A stretch of 64,000 nucleotides of DNA from Chrysomallon squamiferum (Eukaryota > Animalia > Mollusca). The number at the start of each line of letters is the position of its first letter. Position 1 is the first letter of the stretch. Where the stretch lies: the NCBI GenBank assembly GCA_012295275.1, contig CM022670.1, forward strand, positions 26,722,001-26,786,000, read 5' to 3'. The position numbers were made by a program, and so were the translations under genes. A model generated the notes under the pieces. It saw only the letters and a list, made by a program, of their open reading frames with translations. It was not told where the DNA came from and did no database searches. Shown piece by piece: positions 14,873 to 26,165 of the stretch.

Positions 14873-16340
14873 AGCAGCACAGTAACTTTTTGGTGCTCTT
14901 AATAATAATGTGAATATTGTTTGAATAGAATTATTTTTAAATTTATTTTTATGATTAATATTAACAGATTATTGCTATTATAATTAATCAAATTCATCAT
15001 TTTAGGTTAAATGAAAATCATGAATTACTCAAGTCACGCTACCTGGGAATTCAAGAAAGTAAAAGTGGTCTTGAAGTTGAGATTAACCGTAAATCCATCC
15101 AGAACAGGACGTTCATTGGTGAAATGAACAGTCTGAAACCTGAGATCAAAAGACTGTACAGGCAGAGAGAGGAGCTTAAAAAATGGCTTATCGACCATGG
15201 CAAAACACAAGATCAGTTAGATAACCTTCTGGAAGAAAGAAATGAGTAAGTCATCATTATTGTAGTAGATCATTCTTTAAAACTGAAAATAGATGATGTA
15301 GTTGTTTTATATATGTTTTTATTTCCTGCTTATTTTTAGTAAAAAAAGAAACAATAGAACAAATAAAAAAAGAGGAACATTTTCTTTAATGATATATAAA
15401 GGTTTCACAATTTTCAAGCACATGTGTGCATTTTCAGACCAATGTTTCATTGGTTTTGTAAATTGATTTTTTTCAGTGTCGCGGAAGTGACCCCAGAGAA
15501 TGATAATCTACATCAGAATGAGAACCTGTGGTTTGTTAACTGTAACAGGGAAAGAGCTATTGAAATGTTGCAGGGAGCTCGACATGGAACTTTTCTCATC
15601 AGACCAAAGGAAGAAGAGGGAGATGTTCATGTCTTGTCGATTAAGTATGTATAAAATTACATTTACAATCAAAAAGTAAATAATAATAATAATATTAAAT
15701 TAAATCCACAAGCAAGAAATATTTTTAAGTTATGAAATAACTTGTGTAACCAAGTAGAAATAATATAAAATACTTTTTAATGTGCTTTTTTATAAAGCTA
15801 AGTGATCTGTACAGCAGCACATTTTTCATTGTAATATATATGATGCTGGATACAGTAATGGTCTTTCAAGATTCACTTGAACTGTCAGCAATTTATCTTG
15901 TCCCACATTCTTGAGATAGCTTACAAGTAATCACTTTTTCACTATTCTTTCTTCCTTGTTTATTATTTTTATTTATTATATATATGTCTGTGTGTGTGTG
16001 GATAAATACATACATACATACATACATACATATTCACACACACACAAAAACATATTTTTTTTTTTTTTTCTTTATTCATTAATATTAAATGTATAAATCT
16101 AAAAAAACGTTTTATTTCCTTTACAGTTGTAACAATGTTGTTGGCCATGCAAAGATATATCGTAAAGTTAGTGGCTATGGTTTTGCTGAACCCTACTTCA
16201 TCTTTCCAACATTAAAAGACCTTGTGTTACATTATCAAAGAACTTCTTTAGCTGAGCATAACAACATTTTGGATGTACATCTTATGTACCCTGTGAGAGC
16301 TGCTACTGATCCAATATACTTACGAATGCAGGTACCTTGA
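1843..16340 (+). CDS. PIK3R1: PI3K class IA regulatory subunit, long p85-like form (C1 partial-SAM-C1-RhoGAP/BH-nSH2-iSH2-cSH2); 5' end lies upstream of the window
   Basis: Exons: 1843-1946, 4232-4366, 8433-8513, 10015-10066, 10529-10750, 11374-11487, 11887-11964, 12165-12296, 12668-12869, 13297-13409, 13700-13889, 14116-14299, 14496-14737, 15006-15245, 15477-15644, 16127-16340. All junctions are GT-AG and phase-consistent, giving ~822 codons to TGA. p85 signature motifs: [50 protein letters not shown]. The symbol is family-level (PIK3R1/2/3 co-ortholog). Confidence 0.93.
4232..4366 (+). CDS. long PIK3R exon: SAM domain, first part
   Basis: [45 protein letters not shown] matches the SAM consensus; flanked by cag and gtaagt. 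Confidence 0.9.
8433..8513 (+). CDS. long PIK3R exon: SAM domain, second part
   Basis: [27 protein letters not shown] completes the SAM (LxxMGI); phase 0/0. Confidence 0.9.
10015..10066 (+). CDS. long PIK3R exon: short linker
   Basis: [17 protein letters not shown]; flanked by ttttag and gtaact; bridges phase 0 to phase 1. Confidence 0.75.
10529..10750 (+). CDS. long PIK3R exon: complete C1 (DAG/phorbol-ester type) zinc finger
   Basis: [50 protein letters not shown] has the exact 50-residue C1 His/Cys spacing. Confidence 0.93.
11374..11487 (+). CDS. long PIK3R exon: RhoGAP start
   Basis: [31 protein letters not shown] matches the VFG..L...P.v..C.eeiE RhoGAP entry pattern. Confidence 0.88.
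11887..11964 (+). CDS. long PIK3R exon: RhoGAP arginine-finger region
   Basis: [25 protein letters not shown]; flanked by ccag and gtacgt. Confidence 0.88.
12165..12296 (+). CDS. long PIK3R exon: RhoGAP core
   Basis: [33 protein letters not shown]. Confidence 0.92.
12668..12869 (+). CDS. long PIK3R exon: RhoGAP C-terminal part
   Basis: [20 protein letters not shown]...[13 protein letters not shown]. Confidence 0.9.
13297..13409 (+). CDS. long PIK3R exon: end of RhoGAP plus proline-rich linker
   Basis: [37 protein letters not shown]; phase 2 to phase 1. Confidence 0.85.
13700..13889 (+). CDS. long PIK3R exon: nSH2, first part
   Basis: [43 protein letters not shown]. Confidence 0.95.
14116..14299 (+). 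CDS. long PIK3R exon: nSH2, second part
   Basis: [57 protein letters not shown]. Confidence 0.95.
14496..14737 (+). CDS. long PIK3R exon: iSH2 helix 1
   Basis: [35 protein letters not shown]. Confidence 0.93.
15006..15245 (+). CDS. long PIK3R exon: iSH2 helix 2
   Basis: [12 protein letters not shown]...[23 protein letters not shown]; absent from the ORF track. Confidence 0.93.
15477..15644 (+). CDS. long PIK3R exon: cSH2, first part
   Basis: [28 protein letters not shown]. Confidence 0.93.
16127..16340 (+). CDS. long PIK3R last exon: cSH2, second part, and tail
   Basis: [56 protein letters not shown]...IYLRMQVP*. Confidence 0.95.
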
Positions 16341-17155
16341 TTATAAGAGGTTAAAACTGTACATAACTTTTGTGTGAGAGCATGTACTTGCGTGAATGCA
16401 TCAAATCTTAGCGTTAATGTGATAAACAGTTTAACTTAGCAGCAGTGAACTGCAGCTGTTGTCCAGTAATAATGTCAAACTATACCAACAATAGTTAACA
16501 GTGATTAACAGATCATTGACAGATGAACTTTAAAGTGGAATTATCATGTATTGCATGTTATCAACTGATTATGTGAAAAAATGCACATTAATCTGGCTTA
16601 TTTACTCAGTCAGTCTGTACAAGTCGAAGCTCTGAACTATTACAGTGTTTATAGTCTGACAGTGTTGACATGAAGGCCGTGAACTATTGTACTTAGTAAG
16701 TCAACATCAGAAGAAGATATCAAACTGGCTTCAAGTTGGGAACAAACACATTCCCATTTGCACAAGCAGATATTTTACACCGAAACAGTATAAGTTTTAA
16801 AAAATGGACCAATTTTTAGATACTTATGTCAGTATGCATAACACTTCTATGGCAAAGAGACCAGCAGACTTTACAGTTTTGCATCACACCATTACTGTGC
16901 ACATTTTCTAGCAGGACTTCTTAATTCAAGTCAGTAGGGAAAAAAACCCAGTAAAAATATAATTATTTGCAGAGAATACAGAGTCCATTTCAGTTAAACT
17001 TTATCACAAATTTCTACAAACTGAGAAAATAAACTGGATATAAAATGTCACAAACTCACAGTTACATGTGATTGGAGAGCTGTCATAAATGTTGTTTATG
17101 GCAGAACCAGTGACCAAAATGATATTTTGCTAAAACATTTTGAAGGCTAGTGCTC

Positions 17156-17186
<31 letters not shown>

Positions 17187-17399
17187 GTTTTTACTTGCTT
17201 TATTAACTGATATTGGTGCTTATAGGTCTACTTTTAGACTAGCTATTTGCTGCTACAACTGTATTAATGGATCATTAAAACAGAATACAAAACGTGTTTA
17301 ATTCCACTGGGGTTGATTCTTGAAGGAACAGTTTTTTGTAAGAAAGAAGTAATGTGTAATGTGACAGATAATGCAGTGACACCTTTTATGTAATAAATA

Positions 17400-17710
17400 G
17401 TGACTGGACATGCAGAATGAAATGGGAAGTAGAAACTAATGAAAAGTAGATGGTGAAATTGGAGAGGAAACAGAACTGTGAAATGGGATTGAAAGTAGAA
17501 ACTGTGTAACATGGGTTTGGGATTGGAAGCAACATGAAACCAGAATGGAAGTAGTAATGTGCTAAAAGTGAGGAGAAACCAAGTGTAATGTGACTGTAAA
17601 TGGAAGAGGTTGGTGAAGATGGTTTGATGCAAAGTGTAAAATGGAAGAGATTTGTGAAGATGGTTTGATGCCAAGTGTTAAATGGAAGATATAGGTGAAA
17701 ATGGTTTAAC
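17400..17710. repeat. degenerate purine-rich minisatellite (41-bp period in its 3' part)
   Basis: tggaaga recurs at 17601, 17642 and 17683 within units like aaatggaagaggttggtgaagatggtttgatgcaaagtgt; looser copies lie upstream. Confidence 0.75.
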
Positions 17711-19099
17711 AACAGCTCCTGTGATTTGGTTTTTCAATGATTCCAGTGATTTGATTCAGTGATGATTTTATTTGACATTGATGATTACGGATTTTTCCCA
17801 GTGATTGAATCGGGTGATATCATTATGTGTTTTGACCTTTCTTCAACAAATAAAAACACTTACACCAAACCACAGGAGTCAGGAAAGTACTAGACATTTG
17901 AGGGAACATTTTTTTTAATGGAAAGAAAATCAAGAACATAATACAAATGGCATTAAATGTAAAATATAACAAAAAGTATTTTAAAAATATATATATAAAT
18001 AAATACTTTTTTATATACTTTTTGTCATTCATTGCTCCTGATTCAGGGACTTTGTGGTGCATCCTACTTATGTGAAGAAGACAGTTTTGTTACCTGTTGA
18101 ATTTTATATATTTTAGCCAACAGCCTGTATGTTTCAGATTGAACTGATAAAAACTACCTAAACACACAACATTAGCAATTTGCCCAAGGCATTTTGTGGC
18201 AGTAAAAAAGGAAAAATAAGATGACCACATTTTTCCAGTGACATCTTAATAGTCAAATTAGTTTTTCTACTGCAATAATATTTCACCCCATGACGTTTTT
18301 CAAAAATTAATATTTAACGTTGATGATGATTTTGTGCCTGCACTAACAGTGCCATGTTTAACTAATGAATTTGAGGTACACAGCAACAAGATGATTTATT
18401 GTTTTATTACTTTTTTAATATTATTATTATTATTATTATCTTTATTATTATTATCATTATGATCATCATAAATTCTTTAGATTATTGTATTATTTTACAT
18501 CACCAGAGTGTTTGGGTTGGACAGATGGATAAACATTACGTTTTATGAAAATGTAATTATGTGATATATAATATGTGCCAGGTGGTTTCCACTAAATGTA
18601 TCAGTAAATAAGTGCTAAAGATTTTTGATTACATCCTTTATAAAAATTCTCATTGTGTAATCCCAGAGGTAAATGTCAGATTGGTAAATCTGTGTTTATC
18701 GACTGTTTCTTAGTTGTTCTTATGCTATGAAAAAAAGCTCACTATTTTAAATTTTCACATACAGAAAACAATTTAATCTTAAATAACAACAAATTTCAGG
18801 TTGATTCATGTTAAAATAGTAGAAGTTTAATCACTGATCCTGAAATTTAACATTTAGATTTTATCAACATTCTACAGTTAAACTGAAGTAGAAAGAGCAT
18901 TATTTACAAATGTTTGTAACTGAAACTTGGAAATATATCTAGGGAACAGCAGTAGGACTTTGACACATGAATTTAAAAAGAAATAAAATAATAAATTATC
19001 TAGAAACATTTTTTTTTCTTGTATTTTTTTAAAATAAAATTTAAATTTTTATAAGGGAAATTGGTAAAGTATATTTTTGAGAAATTATTATTGTTTTTA

Positions 19100-19133
<34 letters not shown>

Positions 19134-20960
19134 TACATTTGTTAAGCTAACAATGAATTTCAGTATCTTCATCTTTATCAGAAACTTATTTAGGTTCTTC
19201 TCATCTGATATGCTTTACTGAAGTTACAGTCAGCAATGGTGATATTTATATTACCTAAATTCATGAAAAGCATAAAATGGTTATAGAGACCAGCCTTTTT
19301 TTCAGTAATTGTTTGATATGTCTGATAGCATCCAGAGTTGGGGTAGTGTGGGATGTCACATGTGGGTCTGGCAGAAGAAACTATGCATCTGGAGCGTTCA
19401 TCTACCTCATCCTCAACTAATAGACTGGTCTCAAACTCAGTTATTGTAATTTACTGTTGACTTGTTTTAAATGTCCATTTTGTGACTTTCAGCTTTAACA
19501 ATATTGGTCATGGCTGTTGACTGCATATTTGTAGTTATTCCGCACAGCCTTGATAGGTTGTTGTTTTTTATTTTTGTATTGGCATATCAGAAATCGTTAT
19601 CAACATGATGTTATTTTGTAAACAGTTTTCTCATTTTTAAAACAATAATAATTTTATAGCTGAGCCTATTTTATTTTGTTAACTTGTGCATTAAATAAAT
19701 GAATATATGTATATGTAGTGTTAAGAAAAGTTTTCTAAATTACTCAATTTTTCATACAAAATTTTACAAACATTGGGCGGTTTCTTTCTTTTTTTTTTAT
19801 TTCCAGTAATTATGTATTTTTTAGAGAATAACCAAAAAGAAATTATTTCAGTTTATAAATTTTATTCCAGAGTACTAAGTTCAGTATCATCAACAACATT
19901 TAGTGATAATGCAAAAAAATTAAAATACTTTATTTTCTTTAGCTAATCGTATCATTATAATATTTATGTCATCTGTAAATGTATTTTTCACTTTGTTATT
20001 TGAAAATGTTGATGATAGATAAAAAAAAATAATGCTGCCAATATGATGTCAAAGGCCATGACTGATTGTAAAACAATGGCACATTCAAAAATTACATAAA
20101 CAATTTAAATCAGAAATGTATTGCCAATAATATTTTTTTATAAAATATGTATATTTTTATAGATATATCAGTTTTAGTATGGGTTTTAACTGTTAATCCA
20201 ACTTTTCTCTTTTAAGGTTTTTTTTTTTTTTTTTTTTTTTTTTCAGTGCGGTTTTGTGTTTTATTAATTTATTTAATTTTTTTTTTTTTTTTTATATATA
20301 TTTTTAAAATAAAATATTCTGGAGTCAAAAAGTGCAATATGTTTTTTTTTTTTTTTTTCTTAATTTTGTTTCTGAAATAAATCTGTCATTAACAAATTTA
20401 TACATTATTGTATAATTCATTATTTTATCATTACTAAATAATAAATAAAAAATGTTGGGCAAGTCCTTTAAATTTATTAAATTTGAAAGATTACTATAAA
20501 GGAAAAAAAATTCCTACACTGTTTTCTTTGTCCAGTTGTGTTGAAAACCCTGCTTTTTGTGTTTCCTATCATTAAGTCTGTGATCTTGTCAAAATTTGAC
20601 ACTGGACCAAAATAAGCTGTTAAGTAGTCAATATTATTGTAAATGATACAAAAAAAAAAAAAAAAAATTGAAAACAGAAAATTGAATTTATTTTCCAAAA
20701 ACTGTAGCAGTAAGTGCAGAAATTAAGAGAACAATTGATGAATCTGTAACTTTTATTTTTTTTTTTTTTTTTTTTTTAACTGCTCTAAATGTTTAAAGAC
20801 AATAAAATTAAAATGATAGATGTAAGATTGAAGTTTTTTGATAACACAGTGATAAGCAGATATATCTATCCAGCATTTTTCAGTGCCAAACTTATCCCTT
20901 TTGACCTGACGACAGTGTAGTTTTCACTGAACTGTGACAGACACAAAGATACGAAACTAA

Positions 20961-20996
<36 letters not shown>

Positions 20997-22699
20997 ACAA
21001 TGTAGCTATTCATATGAGTTTGGGTTTAATGGAACACAAAACTTGTAATACTTTTTCACTGTAGGTCATATATTGTTGTACAGGCATTGTTCACTAAACA
21101 TTATGACACTAACTTTGTGCATGATAGAAGAAGAAAAAAGAAACTCGCCTACTATTTTTTCGGCACATTATTATACAAAATAAAGCAAAAGAAGTTCTGT
21201 TTCTAGTCAGATAAATTATGTTATGGAACTCATTGCCTTAGAAAACAGCTTATTTAAATTATTTTGTATCAATAGTTTATTGTCAGTGTACATTCAGTAT
21301 CTTTGTATGTATTCATAAAAGTATCATCCGTGTTGCATTCTGTTGATGTTCCAAGTTGTGCCTCAGTTAAAAACTGTTTGTCTCAGCTTATAAGCTGACT
21401 GAATGAAACATTAAAAATACAAAACTATTGCTTGTTTGTTTTAATTTTTGGCATTTGTTGTTATTGTTTGTTGAATGCTTAAATATTTATTATTTATTGT
21501 TATTATTTTTCTTATTATTCGTCTTTTTTTCTTTTCTTTTTTTTAAACTATTAAGGGCATATAAAGATAATAAAAAATTTGAGGATATTCTTAAAAATGT
21601 TAAAATATAAATTTTAAAATATAAACTTAATTATCAGTAATACAATCTGATGATTTTATTATCAAATAAGGCAATTTAAATCTGACACATGACTGCTTAT
21701 GCACACACCAAATTCATTTAAATTAAATAATTTATATAGCATATTGGATTTAGATTTTTTTAAACTTAAAGATGGAAGAAAATAATAAAAATGTGTGTAC
21801 AAAGTAGTGTTGTTACAGTCTATAATTTATATATCTTTATAGGTGTAGGTCTCAAATATCTTTTAGTTATTCTCAGTGTATATTTTTAATCTAAGTAACA
21901 GTTGCTAGTCAAACACCATTTTCTTTTTTGGCCTAGACTGTAATGCAGCTGTATTACAAAGCATGCCCTATATAACTGAACTTTAGAACATTGGCCTAAT
22001 GCATTCATGTCTAAATATAAGTATTTAGGTCATGCATCAATAAATATTTTTGTTTAGTAAGAATAAAGCAACTGTAAAGAACTCTCTAGATGTTACAGAA
22101 TCAATATCGCAATAGCAACAGTTGTTATGACAAAAGCTTCATGTTCTACGTAACAGTATGGTTAGTTTAAAAAGGCCAATCGTATATTCATATCAATCTT
22201 GAGTTTTAAGTCCACAAAGAGAACCAGTCTTGTACAATATATGATGTCTTTTCTTTTTGCATAGAAAAGTTATTAGATTGGAATTGATTTTACTGAATAA
22301 ATTAGTTTGAGTTATTTCTGCATCTTTTATGTTAACAAAGTAAGAACTGGTGGCATCTTAATTTGTTATAAAACTTAAATATAAAGCTGATATTTAAATT
22401 TTGATAAAGTGTATGTTTCAAATAAAAATCTTTTTTTACATGTGATTATTATCAACTGATAAACTAATTTCAGTTTGGTGGATGTTAATATTCATTCAAG
22501 TTTAATGTTAGAGAATGAAGTAAAAATACTGATATCCAGCCTGGTGTCATGAAAGAAGAAAAGAAATCATATTTTATAAAGTGTTTCAATTATACTAGAA
22601 CAAATCTGAATATTTTAATCAATCAAATTTTAATCTTTTTTTCAAAAAGTATACATTTCCCATGAATTCATATACTAGGGCTATCTACCATTTATAAAA

Positions 22700-23280
22700 G
22701 ATTCTGCATGTTTTTTTTAGTCTTTTTAAAACTAGTCTAAACAAATGGATAATTTGTTATATTTTTTTTTTTATCTATCTCTATATATGTAAAAACTCTT
22801 GTACAAAAAGTACATAAATATAAATAAGTTATGTTAATAATTTACAAATAGGACTTTGTACACCATTCTGTATATTTTTAGTCTGCAAATCAATGATTTT
22901 TTTTCCAAGGTTTTCACCACATAGATGTAGCTCTTAAAAACTCTTTGAATAAAGGATGTAAGAAAAAACGTTCATGTAAATAATTGACAAAGTAAGGCTT
23001 CCTGCCTATCACAAACTGTTCTGCATGTTTTTTGTCTTTTACAAACCAGTCCATTCAAACTGATAATTTTTTCCCACCAAGTTTTCCACTGCAGTAGATG
23101 TAGCTCTCAAAAACAATAAGGAAAGAACAAACACATCAGGTAAATAATTTACAAAACAAGCCTTTCTGTCAATCATAAATCATTCTGCATGTTTTTACTC
23201 TTTTAAAAAGCAGTCTATTCAAATTCACAGCAAATAAAACAATTAAAAACTCTTGTACAAAATATGTAAGTTCAAATAAG
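22700..23280. repeat. degenerate ~160-bp tandem repeat, ~3.5 copies
   Basis: ttctg(c/t)at..tttt recurs near 22701, 22864, 23018 and 23181; tagatgtagctct and aaaaactcttgtacaaaa each occur twice. Confidence 0.65.
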
Positions 23281-24523
23281 TTAATACATTTTTTTTTTTT
23301 TTAAAAGGATAAGAAAAGAAAATTTTTGCATTACTAAATGTTAGATGGGCAAAATGGTAGAAAGGAGAGGTAAATATTTGGGGAGTTAGTAAATAACACT
23401 GTGTTGATTATGGTTGTAATTGGAGCAATATAAGAAACTTGTGATTAATATGATCTTTTATTTTTTAATATTTGTTTTTTAAATTATCAAAATTTATTTA
23501 CCTTCAAACAAACAAATTTGTTATTGATAATATTTATTTATTGATTTTATATGCATGCGTGTCAGTGAGTGACCAAGAAGAAGTTAATGGCCTAAAAAGG
23601 TTGCTGACCCCTGAAGTAAGGCAATAAACGGGAAATTTTCATTAAAAAAAAAAAAATGTAAAAAACAAAAATGATTACAAATGTATCATAGATATTACAT
23701 ACATTAACAAATTTAAAATAAATGTGTGTGTTTCATACATTTTTAATACATTTATGCATTTTGTACAAACAGAGAAAAAAGAACTGTTGTTCAAAGGAAA
23801 TCTGTGGGTCAATGTTCAGAGAGACCAAATTTTTTTAGTTTCTTTCAATGCTGTAACACAAAAGACCACCACAAGGAAATGATTTGAAAGCTGTTGAAAA
23901 TTACGTAGGTAACACTACATTTTGCCAATCATTTATTTTAAAGTTACATAATTAAAATCTGCAGGAAAATAAACAATATTTTGCTGATGTTTATATATTT
24001 TATTTTTTATTTTTTTTTTTTTTTTTTTAACTTTTTTCATCATTATCAGCTGATCAGTATTTCCATTCTTCAATATCTCAATTTATCATTACCTTAGTTT
24101 ATCATTATCTCAGTGATTTAAATATTTTAGTTTTTCAATATATTTTCAGTTTATCATTATCTAAGTTTATCGATATATGAGTTTATATTATATATATCTC
24201 AGTTTATTTCTTAGATGACTTTTGTTTTGTTTTTGTTTTTGTTAGCAGTAGTTTTATAATTTGCAAATGAAATATTCAGTTTGAATGTGATAATTTGCTA
24301 GTAGAAAAATATGGAAAATCTCTATATGACAAATCTGAGATTGTGTGAGTGTGTGGTATTTGGTTTTGCAAACAAGCCCATAATTGTTCAAAAATGTAGT
24401 TCCCTTACTGGATAAGTTAGCTGTGAAACAACATAAATTGAATGAATGGGTAATTCATGTTAAAATTAAATAAGTAAGTAACATTATTTTCAACTCAGGT
24501 GAAATATTTTAATGACTGTAACT

Positions 24524-24574
<51 letters not shown>

Positions 24575-24959
24575 CACAACATGAATATATTCAAACATAT
24601 ACATATTTGATTTAAACAAACAAGCAAACATAAATACAAACATATTGTACATCCTATATTTAGATAAGTAATGCTAATACCTATAATCACACAACTTGCA
24701 ACTCTTCCCAATGAGAAAAAATCAATACGACAAAAAGAGCATTCCTTTTTCTAATAATCTTTGGTTGAAGGAAGAAATGTTTGCTGACTCAGCACAAGAA
24801 AATATTCAAGTAGTTTGTTTTTAGGATTTATTTATTTGTTTTCTGTTTATTTGTTTTTATTTATTTATTTTTTATTTTGTGCAAAGGTAGAAATAAATTT
24901 TGAAATACTAATGTTTCATTAATTCATTATTTCTCTTATTTTTCAATGATTTAAAAAAA

Positions 24960-24992
<33 letters not shown>

Positions 24993-25459
24993 TCAATAAT
25001 GTGTGAAAGTATATTAAGTGATTAATGCTTGAAAGACAATGCATGCTCCATGATGTGTGCTTGTGGAAATTGCTTGCTGTGACTCCAGGGCTCTCCGCCT
25101 ACATCTGGCAGACCACGTTTTGTTTCCATTCCCTCAAGCTTCTTGATTAATTAAAATGAATAAAGCCTTAGGTAAGTAACAGTTACTTGTCAGAGTACAC
25201 CTTCACACTCTTCATGGTACGTTTTCTTCTTCTTCATTTTTTTTTTTTTTTTTGCCTTTCGATAACATAATGCTTATCCCCCCAAAAAAAAAAAAAAACG
25301 CGAGTGAAACAGTCATTGTAAATGTATAAGTAAGTGATTGTTTATATGAACAGTTCATACAATGTGGGTGAGTATTATTTTTTATGGAACACAAATTAAA
25401 AATTAATTGAAATTTTAACTACATAATAATGATAAATAACAAACCCCTTGCCGTCTTTC

Positions 25460-25535
25460 CACAGGCTTTCGATTAGCAATAAGGAATGATTTATATGCAC
25501 CTTCCTATACACAGTAAAGGGCTCATGACCTTTTA
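25460..25535 (+). mobile_element. probable decayed SINE fragment (Nin/Deu-SINE-like core)
   Basis: gattagcaataaggaatgatttatatgcacc resembles, from memory, the core of abundant molluscan SINEs; followed by (AG)n. Not verified by search. Confidence 0.35.
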
Positions 25536-25549
25536 ATAAATGTGTAATT

Positions 25550-25553
<4 letters not shown>

Positions 25554-25610
<57 letters not shown>
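25554..25610. repeat. (AG)n microsatellite
   Basis: Uninterrupted AG run. Confidence 0.95.
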
Positions 25611-25614
<4 letters not shown>

Positions 25615-26126
25615 AATAATTCATCTGTTTATAAATATTCATGTACAGCTGACAACTTTTATATAAATATTTTGTTTTTCAATCAATAATATATGTATAT
25701 TTATGTATAGATGTACGAGTGTATACAGGTTAAAATTGGGCTGATACTGAAACGTTTTAAAAATCAAGCTGAACGTTCATTATTCAGTGTCTGCCTTTTC
25801 GATTTTATCAGCTAGAGAGAGAGAGAATACTAATCAATATGTAAAGAGCAGACGTGGCCTACTGCCTGACACTTAGTCTATATAGGTCATTGTGTCAGTG
25901 GGACGTCCCGTGACATACTGCAAAAGTACACCACTAGCCAGGTAAATACGCTGGATAATTGAATAAAGCATTAGTCATCGCGATAACTGATCTACAGTTA
26001 CTGTTTGAAACATGTGTGTCTGTGAATCACCAGAGACTGAAAAATAAAAAAAATAATAATGCTGAGACACATTTTGTTTTTAAACTTGTTTCATAGAGCG
26101 AAAATTCAGTTGTTTTTTCACCGTCA

Positions 26127-26165
<39 letters not shown>

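Noticed and set aside
17598-17710. Regularly spaced repeats as a CRISPR-like array
   Set aside because: Head-to-tail units without unique spacers, in a eukaryotic context with no cas genes.
17264-17712. Two overlapping 108-136 aa ORFs on -
   Set aside because: By-products of the purine-rich minisatellite; no recognisable domain.
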